Under the pieces are notes generated by a model. That model saw nothing but the letters and a program-made list of their open reading frames with translations. It searched no databases and was not told where the DNA came from. DNA of 64,000 bases from Marsupella aquatica (taxonomy: Eukaryota; Plantae; Marchantiophyta), in assembly GCA_973895155.1 (NCBI GenBank), contig OZ316896.1:21823150-21887149 (forward strand), in the 5' to 3' direction. How positions within the stretch are numbered: position 1 is the stretch's first letter; every line of letters starts with the position of its first letter. This document shows, in pieces, positions 11,179-25,596 of the stretch. Position numbers and translations under genes: made by a program.

Positions 11179-13502
11179 TGTACATGCTGGAGGCAGGTGA
11201 GTCAAATAGGGTTCTGTGGCCCTCTGACCTCACAGAAAGTTCCAAAAGAGCTATCTGTTAAATTTCACAAAAAATCGGAAGTAGTACTTTCCATAGTTTT
11301 GTAATCGTCACTCTCAAAGAGTCAATTTTGTAGCCAAATATTCTAGAGATTTAGGTTGATGTTGGTAAGTTCCTCCTGAAAGAAGTAGATTCCATGTAAA
11401 TACGAAGACTAGTACTTTCCATAGTTTTGTTGCAGTCATTAAACACGAGATTCACGTTTGCACTTTTTATACATGAGGAATTCGGTGGAATATTTCAATT
11501 CTTGATGTGGGAAAAGTAGAAAGCCCGGATATTTGTAATTTGAAAAATGATGGCAAACTGTTAATAAGCAGATCAAATAATACTCCCCGATTGTCAAGGA
11601 TTTGTCCTTCCTGACGCAGCATGATGAGCATACACGGGGCAGTATTTGAAATATTATATTTCTTAGAGTAGCAGGTTCCGACGGATGATAGTTCACTCAG
11701 GCTCGACGCCCATTCCCAACTATTCAAGACAACCTTTTAGCTGCTGATTTTGAACAGTCCAGATTAAAAGAGATTCAAAATATGCTGACAAAAACCTGCC
11801 CGTTTGCTTTTCAAAGCCAGCTCCCTCAGCATCATGAGAAAGCTTCATAGATTGAAGCATATTTCAGCACTTGGGACTTGCTGTGCGAAAATGGAATGTT
11901 CCGTGCTTACTGGTGAGCTTGAGAACGAATAGGCTGTTTACCCAGGTTAATTGATATGAAAGCTAATGTGGAATGTTTTCTTTGCACTCAAATGAAACCC
12001 TCTTGCTGTGGGGCTGTATTTCATTTTGGACAGGCTGAGCAGCAAGCGATCCTTAAAAACAAAGACCAGCTGCTGAGTTTGGACGACACCAGAAGAATGG
12101 TCTACACATTGAAGGTAACATCCTTTAATTGGGCCTGATGGCAGCACAAGCTCTATTTCAGTTGATTGTGTTCTTTGCGAATCTTCTGTTGCAGTGGATT
12201 GGCGGTAGTAAGAACTTTTTTTTATTCTTCCTTTGGATTGCATGTGCAGTTTTTCAAAGAATTCCACAGGATTGTCTCTACTGGCGTCATAGTGCCAAGA
12301 AAGACAACTGAAGACGTAGGATACAATGGTAAACTAATTGTTTCATTCCATTTGTCCTGAGGTACAACATTCATTCACAGATCCAACATGGTACTCTCGC
12401 CACCATCCAGCTCAATACTAATGAACTGTAAAGGATAAAAAGTCACAGCTGAAAGAAAATTTACAGTAATGAGAATCTTCGGGATTATTGATCGCCATTA
12501 CGGCTCCGATCTTGTTCACACAACTTAAATCTCTCATGGCAGTCTCATTCTTTGGCATCTTAACGGGACTCGTTATCCACATATGCATCAATTGCAAAGG
12601 GGCCAAAACAAGGCGACGCAGTAGGAAAGCTACACGGGGATTCCCCCAAAGTTGCTCATTGATGAAAAAATGTTGACCACATAAGATTCTGTACAAGTGA
12701 GAGACCTATTGCGCCCGCTGTCTGGTGTGCGTTTTGTGATCGAATCTTTCGAGGTCAAAAGAATGGAGCATTGCAATACCTGAAGAATGAATGTAAGCTC
12801 AGGTGCTATTGACACTATTTTTCGAAGAGGAAAGGCGTAAGATATGGAATGAATATTTTCCATATGATCCTGGGCCAGCTACTGTGTATCTAATTCCGAC
12901 AAGGGTGACAAACTAAACAAAAATCCCTTAGGTATTTCCCTTTTTGCTACCTGCCATCTTTCTTTCTTCCTTAAGTATATTGCTTTTAATAGCTCACTCT
13001 ACCCTATGCTACCCTTGGTGAGCTACTTAGTGCACAAAAAATGGTCGATTCACTTAAACTTACAAATTGTCACCTTCTGTGTGTCACCCTCACAAAAAAA
13101 TGTCCTGCACTTTGCGTGTACATAGGAGCGAAGATTGAACGTTTCCATAGTTTCCGACCCTGGCACAGAACGGTTTATGATGGGTTTGCTTTGATCTCCG
13201 AGTAGCCATGATGCGTTTTTCGTGGTGTTGCATACACATCTCTTGAATTGTGATGTCAAGACTGTCTGCAAATTTAAGACTGTCTGCAACAGTGAGTCAG
13301 TGGAGAAATGATGCTTCAATTCTCATTGTCTCCCTGAAGAATAACCTCCATGCTTTCTGCCTGTCCGATAAATAGCTGGCAAGATTCATGCTCGGAACGA
13401 TTTCCACAAGCGGTAAATACAGAGAATCCAAGAGGAAAAAGAAATGCACTTACACAATTTACAAGTTTGCAGTGACCCTCATTCTGCCGGCATGCTTCAG
13501 TT

Positions 13503-16500
13503 CTAGTCCTCAGCATTGAAGGTCTCCTCTTTCTGCTTCCTGACCATTTTACTGGCTGAAAAATGAAGTCTAGCAGCTAAAGGCCTCGGACATCGGCTAA
13601 CACTATCGAATCCGCGCACACAGACATAGCCTGCAGGTAAAACATTGTGCCCGGGGCTTTGGATATCAGAAACTATGAGCCCCTACGCTGTTGAGACTCA
13701 CGTGAAGCACAAACAAAGTGTTTCTTTCCGAAATTCACTTTCCGAAAGAACCCAAAAGACAGCTGTGCATGGGTGGAAGATATCAAGACAACTGATGGGC
13801 ACTAGTAGGATCATTTTGAGGAAGGAAGAATTAAGGTTCAGAGTGATAGAAACACACCTCGCCAAAAGCATGCTTGAATTTCTTCGGTTGATAGACCTTT
13901 AAATATCGACGTAACAGAGGTACCAAAGTACACGAATCGGCGTCGTAAATTCCAAAGTAAGGTTCGTGGAACTTCTATTGGTTGTAAGCTGCTTGCATGA
14001 TCAGCAAAAACCTGCAGATCAAGTGTAACACGCATGTATAAATGTTTTGTCCACATGTCTAAACTTTGACAACACGTCAAGAACGATGTACTGATGGAAT
14101 CATGTGAGCTGGTAGGTCCTCAAGTGTTGGAAGCGTCTGAGAAGTTTGAGTAAAATCTCGATGATTAATTCTAATATTTGATAGACTCTTCCAACTAAAA
14201 CGCTACCATACTGTCCTGCGGAGTTTGATAAAATATTGACTTCCCCAAGGAGAACAGCATTGTCAGAACCCAGATTCAAAGTAAAATATACAAAGTATGA
14301 AACCATGTAACATGTCTTCAGAGGAACCATGATTTGGTCAGACGTACTCATGCTGATACCGTGAACCCTAAACTCAGTTTCAAATGCAAAGTCGTCGATG
14401 AGGGAGGGCAAAGGGAACTTGTCAAGAGATTGACTACCTCATTCACTTGGAAATAGGTCCCGTTCAGAGGAAATATCCCTCGCATAGCTGTTCTGCAAGG
14501 CACCTGAAATTTGGGACAATAAAATTTTGAGTAAAAGTGAACTTCAAGTGATAACGTCAACACTGTACCAATGATCGCATCAGTACAGGCATCTCAAGAA
14601 GGTCATGAACATGGAGCAAAGGACTACATAATACAACAGTACAGTAAATGTCTCTGTGACTACATATTCCAAGGAAGTTGAATAAACATTGCATTATTTG
14701 CTGCGTAGGAATTCTTTTAAAAAATTAGGGGGGACTGTTTTAGCAGGTATTTTCAAAAGGAGATTGGGGACTGATAGTGATCTCAAATTGCAACGTTTGA
14801 TCACCAGCAACCACAAATACGGTCCTCACCAGTACAGTGCCTTTCACGGTTTCTTCCTCGCTACTGTTGAAGCCGTCGCATGTGCCGTTTGTATACATGT
14901 CATCAAGCACAGGCGGTGCATGAGGGCTTTCACCTACAGCCAAATCATAGACGCATGAGAGACACTTAAGAGGACAAGAACGGTGGTTTGTGCAAAGTCC
15001 AAGACATCTGACCTCGCTACAGTTCAGCGAATGACGGAATAGTACTATAGCTTTTAAAAAAGGATATCGCTATAATTTAGGTTATAGTTATCACCTGGGC
15101 TCCAAATTGCAAGTAGATAGAAGCACGGGTCGTCATCCTCCCGAGGATCCATCTATCCATCAAAGATCTCACTGATATCAGAACCAGTTTTATTGTAGGT
15201 ACCAGAGAATAACTCAATGCTGGGATCACTAAAATTCGTTGGACTAATGACTCCCGGCCGCTTTCAGTTTTGTGTCTCATATTGAAATCTCAATTTCTTC
15301 ATGTATCCTGATCATGGTTAAGCATCGCATTGGAATTCCGGATAAGAGAACTTATACGACACTTTTCAACCTAGATAGCCAGATGAACAGGCACCTCACC
15401 TCTTGAACGAGAGGATGGCTATCCGGCAATTCGTACCTGTACAAAGAATAGCCTATTAGTCAAGGTTGACCGTTCTTTCCCTTGAAGTGCGTACTAAACA
15501 AGCTAAATTCATCCGACATTCCATAGAGGTGAAACTCTAAGTACGACAAATTAAACTACATAAACGAGACTCCCGAACTTGGGATAAGGCAGGAAGATGA
15601 TTGTATCTTACACGTAATGTACTGTTCGTAGACGACCAATATTCTTTAATTTCGGCACTGGAATAGAAGTACTGTTTGGAGGAAGGACAACCAATGCCTG
15701 TGAGGATGTGTTTTGAATTAACACCTCTGCGGGTGGTAAAACTAGTTCAATTTCGGAACTGGAACCCTTCTCTGACCCAGATGGCTGTGAACTCACTACG
15801 ACAAATGCTTCAAAATCCTCGATGTCTCCAATCTCAGGCTCTGGTGTCCTTGGCTCTTCAACTATTGGCTCACAGGGTTTCTGGGATAATATGGAAGAAT
15901 TTAATCTAGCTAGAGCTACGGCCTCCCCTCCGGTAGCCACGTCATCCTGTTCCGAAGGTGGCAATGCCGGTTTTACTTTTTGCAAAAACTCTGCTGCTGC
16001 AGCTGGTAAAGCAAGAGGCTCAGAATTTGTTGGATGTGGGTCTTCATGAGCTGCTGCCGGAAGAGCCAATCTGGCACTGTTAAACCACGACACACATCAG
16101 TATGCATACTTGGCAGGTTACATAGGCAATTGACAACCTTGCGGTGCGATGCCCAATTTCATTCACAAAAGAGGGAACGGGCCCAACAGTAGATCATCTA
16201 GAAAGAAAGACACACGGACATGGAGATCCCCTGCAGAATCCCCTCCAAGCACAAAAGGAAGCAAGAGTTAGGAGGAGGCTTAGGGGCAGAATATTGAGCA
16301 CAGGGCCACATCATCCAGGGAATAGCGGAGAGGCGGACCGCGAGTATTGGGGCCAGAAGAGTGTACTAAGAATTCCCAAAGAAGATAAAGCCAGATCCCG
16401 TCGACACACCAAGAGTCTAAACATAGAACATGGTGGCAGGGAAAAGAAGGGCCGGGGGGTGTCCAGCAAAATACAAAGCCAAGCGATTGGAGGTTTAGGG

Positions 16501-19500
16501 TTTACGTAAGTGCAAACCCCGTCGTTCCCCAGAGGACTATGCAGAAGAATTAAACTAGATTCTCCTAGTTCATGTCTTAACAAACATACCTAGCAAGAGC
16601 GCTTGCAAAATGTCGACAGTCGTCACGCATTGGGCATGCATTACAGTTAGGCCGGCTTTTGGTGCAGAAAACCTGCACATCGAAGAGAAGCTCAACATTT
16701 GGCCATATTACATTGCAGATCACAAATTTCGTTGCAACCTCTTCTCTGCAAATGTCTCAAATCATGCCAGATCCAACAAATTTAGGTACGAAAATTTAAA
16801 CCTTCTGAATTACAGAAAGTAAAAGGGAAATCTGAGGATCTTCACAGTACCTTGCCAAAGGTGATCATCTGGTAGTGAAGCTCATACCTGCAAATGAATG
16901 AACAACTCAATATGATTACAAGACATGCTAGACTGAGTCCAATTGTTTGCACTGACGCCTATTTCACGTCGGACTACTTATAATGACTCAAATGCCTACT
17001 GCTGGATGTGATCATGATTTATCACGTTGACTCGATTGCTGGTAGGTGCTGCTCAGCAACACAATCACGCAAAGGTTACGAGAAGAAAATTGTAATATTT
17101 CAAGAGAACGTATTTGGCGACCGGCAAAATAAAGCGTGAAACCTGACTCTAATTCTAACATGACAAATTCTCGCTGGTTGGACTACCTGATCCGTTGTCT
17201 ATGACATCGTCCCGGAAGCTAGCTGGATCAAACTAGCAGAAAAGTTCTTTCACACATACAGAGAGACTGTGTCACTCACAGGGTCCGCTGATCAAGGGTG
17301 CAAAGCCGCGGCCAAAGATATTTCTGAATAGTTTCCTGGACAGGATACCTGCAACAAAGTCGATATTATCAATTGTAACTTCGGCTGTTATTGGCTGACG
17401 TGAGCGAGCAACTCAGAATACATTTCTTGTGTGATACAGAATGCATTAATTGCGTAGAACAAGTGGAAATCCATGATATTTCATGAAATGCAGTAGTCGT
17501 TATGAAAAGAGGACACGAATTCTTCTGAGTACACTTTCATCTGACCAGGAATACTTACAATTCCAGAAGATGCAATTGCAGCTCCTCAGGTAAAGGTTCC
17601 AGAGGCACCCAGCCCAGTCTCACGCATATGCGTCCAACATTAGTATCCACCTGATTTAGAATTTCATTTCAGTAAGTTTACAAGCAGACAATGAGAATTT
17701 ATTTATGGATCGACTCACCGAGTCAACCAGTAGTCCGTCAGGCATAAATAGTCCACAGTGACATACAAAGAAGCTAGTTCAAGGAAACATTGTCATTAAA
17801 CCTGAGCATCTTCGGTGCACCTAAAATTTGTATCCTTCATTTGTTCAGCGTCAATTCAGAGCATGCCATACACAGTTCAAAACACTATGCAGTGACAGGA
17901 AAAAATGAGCTGCCACAACTTAAAGGACTCCTGTCACCGATTCGCGTCAATTTAGAGTATGCCATAGACAGTTTAAATCACTATGACGTCACAGAAAAAA
18001 ATGAGCTGCCACAGCTTAAGAGGCTGTCACCGATTACAATCTCTTCCGGTTGTCAGTAGCTAGTAGGCACATATCTACTTGAACTTAAGTCAAGCCGTCA
18101 CCAGGTACTTATAATGTTTCAAGTATTCCAGGTTTACAATGCCCTCTCCACGATTGTGCATCAAATGAGGGTAAATATGTTTTCTTGATACGCAATCCGA
18201 GAGCTTGATTAGAACAATAAATCTAAAGGGAAAGCGCAGCATTTGGATTTATTGTGGTACGAATATCTTCTCCAGGGAAACTACAAGGGCACGTGTTCTC
18301 AGGACTAGGTGACTAACTCGAATGAAGGAATTTAGACATGAGCAATAGTTTTAAAACAAGAAAGGTTGTCCAGCTAGCACCAATTTACTCACTGGAAAGG
18401 CAAGGTGATGCAGAGTCAAGAGGCGAATGCATTCGACACTCTTCAAGCCCAATCCTCTGATACTGAGTAAAAACGATCTGCAAGCATTGACATATTCAAT
18501 CATCAGAATGGCGACGACAATAAATTTCATGCTTCACAACCTGAGACGCTTAGTCCATAATTTGGCAGGTACTTACTTAGCTTCTTCAACAGAAACTGTT
18601 CTGAGCCACTCCAGGTCAACACTGCCATGCTCTTTCTGCACCCTCTCTAGGAAAGCCTGAAATAATCCACATGAACGTTGTCGCCATAATGTTAAACTCA
18701 CACCATACAATGAAAGGACACCAAACCTTTTCTAGAAATAAATATAAAGGAAACAGCGTAATGAGCTTTTGCTCGTCTTACTAAAAACTTCAGAGACCGA
18801 TGAGGGAACGCTTCAGGAACTCAAATACTTCACTCACGGGAAGATACGAGAGGCAGCAGAAAGAACCATCACATGACTTTGCCGGCCTAGGTCCTACTCC
18901 TTCTTTGGTTTTTGTTTTCTATTCGATTGGAAGAAGATATAACGATGGTCAGAGAAGAAAGGAAAAGGAAAATGTAGACAGCATTACTGCGTTCTTCCAT
19001 TACTCCACGGTGCCGTTCCTTCTTAATTGTGCAGGACCAATGGCATTCTTCAAAATTCGTCGTGATTCACATGGGACGACAATGCCATTGCAAGGATTTA
19101 TGGCAGGAATTAACCTTGATTCTTCCAGCTAGAACGTAGTTCATGCCTCGCTCCTTGATCACATCAGCAATATCCTCGAGTTTAGCCGACCTTACCGCAT
19201 CCCAATCAACACCATTCTCCACATCTGAAGAACCAAAGGACTTGCATCCGGCATGCGCACTTTCATGCTGATTCTCACCCATCTCTTGCCCTGTATACTT
19301 AAGTCTCACTGCCTCCCAGTCAAACGCCACCTTACTAGTAATGTTTGACTGCTCCAATCTGGCCCGAGCTATACCGGTGAGGCTAATGACAGGTCTTTTT
19401 TGCGGACCGTGTACTCCCATCTCTAGGTTATCGCTTGCACTATTCACGAGTTCAGAGTTGTTCTTCCCATCAAGGGATTGTGGACCCGTTTTCTGGCGAC

Positions 19501-22500
19501 CCTTCCTCATAGGTCGGCCTTTCGTCCCCGCGTTAGTCCTCATCAAGCTCTTCACAGTACGCAAATGAGAAGATTCTGTCGTGAAGGATACTTCTAATTC
19601 TCGGTGCAAATGTTCTGAAGGCTCTGCTGCAGAAGATATTACAATCTCTTGATCGCAAGAAAAGTTAGTGTCAAAATTGTCTATGAGAAATATCCCTTCA
19701 GCTGTATATGCCCCAATTTCTTCATCGATAGCAAATTTTCTGTCTGAACCTGGTGTTGCAGAACTCTGCAACAGTTTGTTAGCATCCAGACTGCCTGAGG
19801 AAGACACGACACTGCCTGAACTGCCCGCAATTTCTTCAGCTGCAGCCCTTATGACGTCAAGACCTGGTGACGCCGAACACCAATTTACCTGTTGGGGGAT
19901 TGAGTTTCCTCCTATCTCATGAGTTCTTGAATTGTTAGCAGATTCATGAGGGCCGTAACGAGTGGCCTCAAGCGTTGATTCCAAGTCTGTTATATCATCA
20001 TCTTCAGTGGGGCTCAAATCCACGAATAACAATCCTTCAACCAGCTCCGACTCAGGCTGGATCCAACTATTGAGTGCAGGCATAGCCATCGTTGCTACCT
20101 CGGTTTTGCCTGCGTCCACTAATAGTGTTGAGTCACTGGAATGTAGCTGACTCTGACCAGAAGACCCAAGGAACACATCCCCCGATCCAGAATGAAGGGA
20201 TATAGAATCATCTACAACCCCGCAAGTTTTGTGCTCTTCACATTCTCTAACCTCTAAGCTGTCTCCTGTGCGAGAAGTTACATTGTGCATCAACGATTCT
20301 TCTACCAGCCCAGACTCACGTTGGATCCAACTATTGGGTGCAGGCAGAGCCATCGTTGCTACCTCGCTGTCACCTACGTCCACCAATGGTGTTGAGTCAA
20401 AGGAATTTAGCTGACCCTGACCAGAACTTTCAAGGAACACATCCCCCGATCCAGAATGAATGGATATAGATTCTTCTACCACCCCGCATGTTTTGTGCTC
20501 TTCAATTTCTCTCACCTCTAAGCTGTCTCCTGCGTGAGAAGTTGCATTGTGCTCATTGCTATTGCATTGACTTTGAGAATTCTTGCTTGAGCAAGAACTG
20601 TTTTGTTCTCTGGTATCTGTTAACCTTTCTTCGACATAGTAACTCCACACTATGTGCTCTTGGACTGTGCTTCCTCCGCTCCTTTCAAGAATTTGGGTAG
20701 TCGGCTCCGTGTCACGTTCGCTATCTATCACTGTCAATTCGGTTGACAGAGTATAGTTGCCCTGCTGATTGCAGCAAATGGACGATCCTTCTTCAGTAGC
20801 TGAAAACTTTTCACTGATATCAAACGCCTCTTCAACATGAAAAGTAGTCATTGTGCCCTCTTGTACGGGTTCTGCACCGTCGTGAAAAGTAGGATCTCCG
20901 ATTGCCTTTAAACTGATCTCATATGCTTCTTCCACTTGAACTTCCATAACAGTTGCCTCTTGCGAAGTTTCAGCAGCAGCTTTCTTCTTTCTAGCAACAG
21001 GAAAACGTGCTGCAAGGCACATGAATGCAGAGCTGCAGATTTTGCACAATGAACGGAAGGTTATTTGTGAGTTTTCGTGAAAACTACGCTAATAGCAGTC
21101 AACTGAGGTCACGATAATTTAGAAACCTGGCTGTAATTCAGCATCTGATCAGTAGTATTAACCGTAGACAGTAGTGAATGTGCATAATCGAATTCCGGTG
21201 CCCGGGGTATACCAATATCCCTACTGTAAACATTTGCAAGCGAAGTTGCAATAATAAAAAATATGAACCTCAGTGAAGGCTTGTGGGTTCAGAGCCAAAC
21301 AAGGTGCATGAAATGACAGATGGCTAACACACCTTGACAGGATATCAGAAACGTTTTGAGTTAGGAAGGCCCCAACTACAGAATCAACCACTGAGCCCTT
21401 CCAGACCGAAAAGCGACGATCACCTGCAATGAAAATAAAATCAATTTTTAATTTGCAGTAACAAGAGCTTGACTGAAAGTACTTGATCCTGATTTGCGGA
21501 CCTGAAGTAGAATAGCGCTCTATGTAACAAAGCTCAAAGCCCGCCTATCGAAACGGGCCATTCTGATACGTTAAGCTTTTGGCATCAACATACCTGCAAG
21601 ATGGCTAACAATGTCCTAAACTGTGATAAGAAATCAATGTCCAGAGCGAATTGCATACCTTGTACAAGGTGCATACGGTTTATGAACTTTTCAGCTCGGG
21701 CCTCCATGGTAGCCCTCTCCTCCTCCCACTGCCTTGGAGCTTCCTTTTGCGAGAACTCATCCTCGAAACTAGTTCCTTGAGTCATGAGTAATCGCCATAC
21801 TCGTTTGTCTTCTCCGTCGAGCATCACTCTTGCCCTGGGTTTCTTTCGTCTTAAAGGCATAAATGGAACCATCGCTCTGTTTTGGTTTGCATGAAGAACC
21901 ATCGCTCTGTTCTGGTTTGCATGAGGTACTAATTGAAGCCCTGAATCAATTTCTTCCAAATCCATTGTCGTCAGCTTGTTCACAAAGAGGTCCAATAGTC
22001 TGGCGCTGTCTGCCTGCTTTGGCCGCCTTGTGTAGGGCAACTTGACCCGATTCGAGCTATTTGGTTGCCTAGCATTGGCTCGAGCAGCTGCCTTCAATCG
22101 ACCATGGTTTGCTTGGAGAAAGCTCCCTTCAGGAATGGTTATTGACTCGTTTAGTATGCCCATCTCTGTTGAAATTATACTAGATTCATTCGACACGCCT
22201 TCCCCGGAGTTTGAAGGATTACTTGTTATCGGCATTACTGCACCCACAACCTCGGCAGCAGGATCACGCAGTTCCTGTTCCATGGATGGCTCCTGTGACT
22301 CGAGAAGAAGTTCCTGAGAATTGCTTGCATCTGTTCCCATCCCAGGTTTGGTCCCCACCGCTTTGGCAGCAGAGACAGCACTGGGATGAGCAGTTGCCTC
22401 ATTCATGGACCCTTGCCACTTCTCTTCCCATCCTGAGCGAACATTACTATGAGCTGTAATTCTCTTATTCCGAGCCTGCTTGAAAAGTTCCCTCCGTGCG

Positions 22501-25500
22501 TGTCCGCGGTCTGCAACTACTCGACCTTCATCTTCACCGCTTCTTTTTCTGCTCGGACTTGGCGATGCAGAAGCACTAGTCGCCGATGGAAAACAATCTC
22601 TGCCGTTGGGAGAATTGGGGACTCTAGTTTCTACCAATTCATTGTTTGGTCCGATCTCCAGTCTGGTTTTATGAGGAGACGTTTGAGGGCCTGCATTCTG
22701 TGGAAACCCAGAGTCTTCTCTGCTTCGCAACGAGTCTTCGGTCCCCATAGCTCGTCCTCCCTGTAAGTGCATACCCCTCCCTGCATCAGAAATACTCTCA
22801 GTGTCGTGACATTGTCTACAACCGTCTATCGCCGGCCCGCAATTTGCTGCCTCTGGCATGAAATGGTCACCTTGATTTCCTAGATAAATCTCTCTTTGAG
22901 CTGATTTTAAGTCAGAGGTCGCCCGCTTCTTCCTGCCCCTGGGTTTCCCATCCACCTTCTTCTCCTCACCGGCCTTGGCTTTGGAGATGCCTTCTGCGGC
23001 ATTCTTTGGCTTCCGACGCCTATCAGGACGTCCCTCTCTAAAAACTTTAGGACGATGCTTCTTCCTGGCCCTCGAGTTTTTCGGTCGCAGTTTTTGCTGT
23101 TCAGGACTTTCGTTGAGATCTAGAAGTCCCTCCTGTCCCTCCTCGTCCTCTTCATCGAACAAATTCCCATCGTCGGGCTCAAAATCCTCATCACCGTCTA
23201 AAACCACCATGCCTGCATCGTTCATGGAATGAACTACACTGGTGCCCAACGAAGGATGTCGATTGTCCGGAATGGGATTCGCATGCAACACTGCTGACAT
23301 GTTCGAAAGAGGTTGTGCCGCATTGTTGGGATGCTCAGGAGGTGCCCGGACATCTGATGACATCAGGGCAGCAATTGACCCCACTCTTTGTGGCACACCG
23401 TCAGTGCGGAAGGGTAAACTACGGCGGCTCCTGGACGGGTAGCTGTTTGTCGGAATTGGGATACCCACATTGTCCATCTTATGGTGGTAAGCAGGAAGAC
23501 TTGGTAGGTGAGATGCGTCATCTGAGCTCAGCCTGGCTTCAGATTCAGCTGTTCCCAGTGAGTCGTTCGCTAAGCTGAAGCCATCCCTGTGTTGTTCACC
23601 TCCCTCTAGCTGAGAATAATTGTTAAAGTGAGATCCAATGGAGGCACCAAAGTCGTCGAAGGGAGGCGGGGGAGTTGTTTCTCTGCCCGAACGGCGTTGA
23701 GATCCATCCAGTAACGTCTCAGGCCGGTATAATTTTCCATAAATGAATGCATCTATTTCTTCATGAGCGACTGCATCTAACGTGACCACTTGCGAATCTC
23801 TAGGGGCAAATTCCCAGTTTATGGACGGGTTCTGCACAGTAGGAAGAACTTGTAGATTTGCCGCTGGTGGAGAGGTATGTTGGAAACTGTCAGCCGCCAC
23901 AAGGCAACAGGGGTGATCTGCCACTTCTTCCGTCTCCGACGAGGGCTCGTAAAATTGCTGCGGCAGCGCCATCTCGGCGCCGTCAGATCGAGGACGACGA
24001 TTGCTGAGAGCATCGAGGCCATTAGCCTCCGGAAACTCGTCGTCGGCAAGGATTCCTGCCTTCCTCTTTCGAATTGGCGGCTTCATGGATGTCGCCGCTG
24101 ACCCTTCCTGGCCGCCACCGAGGTCTCTCGGAGAGGCCTCGATGTGCGTCACCATGTTGCTCCTCCCCCTGACAGGCCTATCCAGCTTACATGAGGATAG
24201 TGAGGAAGCGGGTGTGATCTCAGAGTCCCCTACAACCCAATCCCCTTCGTCCAGCAATCGCCCTGGATGCTTTTCTTTTCTAGCAGAAATTTCATCCTGC
24301 AGCAGCTGTGCTCGAGGTGGAGCCTCGCGACCGTCGTCGCAACTGCGAACGTACCTTTGTCCCTGAGACCTCTGCTCTTTCAGCCTTTCTGCCATGTCAT
24401 CCTGCGATATCTTAGCGCGACCGTGGTGGTCTCCCGAAATTATGATTTTGTTTGCTTGGTTTGACTCCGGGCTAAAGGTGAAGTCCGGGAACTCCCGAGA
24501 GCTCCTGCGGTCCGACCTCCGTCTCTTCTCACCCCAGATGCATTGCCTCGACTTCCGTGATTGTATAACCACTACACCTTTCCCAGATCTTTGTTCCTCA
24601 TCATCGGATAATTCTAAGAGTCCAGAATCGACGTGGTCTTCGTTATGCTTCTTCGCCGCTCTTGTCCTATTCCTCAATCTATAAGGGATGTCGCGACCAC
24701 GACCACTTTCAACAGGCTCTTCCAATGCGGGAAGCTTCTCCTGGATGCGTTCACGGGATGCCGAGTCAACATTTGTTATTGCAAAGTCCGCGTGGTATGA
24801 CTGCAAAGCTACGCCACCCTGCGAGACCTCCGCTTCCAAAGCTGGTTTACATCGGCTTCCTTGCTTTTCAAAAGAGACATCCACATTTGACCTCCGAATT
24901 CCTTGCTCTTCGCTGTCCTGCAAGTTCAAATGCGGCAATGCATTCGGTCGTTAGCTCGTGTACCAGGTGCGCTAGTCCGACCAAACGGACTAAGATCTTC
25001 CCGTCCATGAGATGGATCTGGCATGAAGACTTATTACGAGAACATTCAAGTACACAAACTAGATTAATACGAATGACTCCAGTATCACCAACTCATGCAA
25101 TCAAGAAAGGCAGCTCAGATCCATCAGAACCCCTCATTGTGAAGATAAAGACTCTTGCAATTGTGCTACTGTAGCTCTATCGGCTGCTCCACATCGAAAT
25201 TTCCCGGGAGATTAGCATAATTAGGCAATCTTTTCGGACTCTCCTGCTACTCTGCGACGATTCTGAGAAGAGGCAGAGGTAAAGACGATTCCTTTTTCTG
25301 ATGCCAATCCAACCGACCTTCGTGTCCCCGGACGATCAGGGCGAGGGCGAGGGCGACCGGCCGGCACATTGTAATGTGGCTGACTGACTGCATTGCAGAG
25401 GCGTGATGCTAACGGGGTCTCTTAACCATCATCAAATGGTCATTGGCTTCAAGAAAATTGAAGTACACGAGAGCGACGGCCATCAGTCCGCAATTGGATC

Positions 25501-25550
25501 GAATTAACCACCTTATTGCCGAGTATTTGATACTCGCCTTCTCTCTATTC

Positions 25551-25596
<46 letters not shown>

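Noticed and set aside
21863-24954. Many plus-strand ORFs opposite DME exon 2
   Set aside because: They are antisense shadows of a long coding exon with no independent features.
25187-25230. USE-like CTCCACATCG suggesting an intronic snRNA promoter
   Set aside because: It is one base short of the consensus, has no properly spaced TATA box, and no recognisable snRNA follows.
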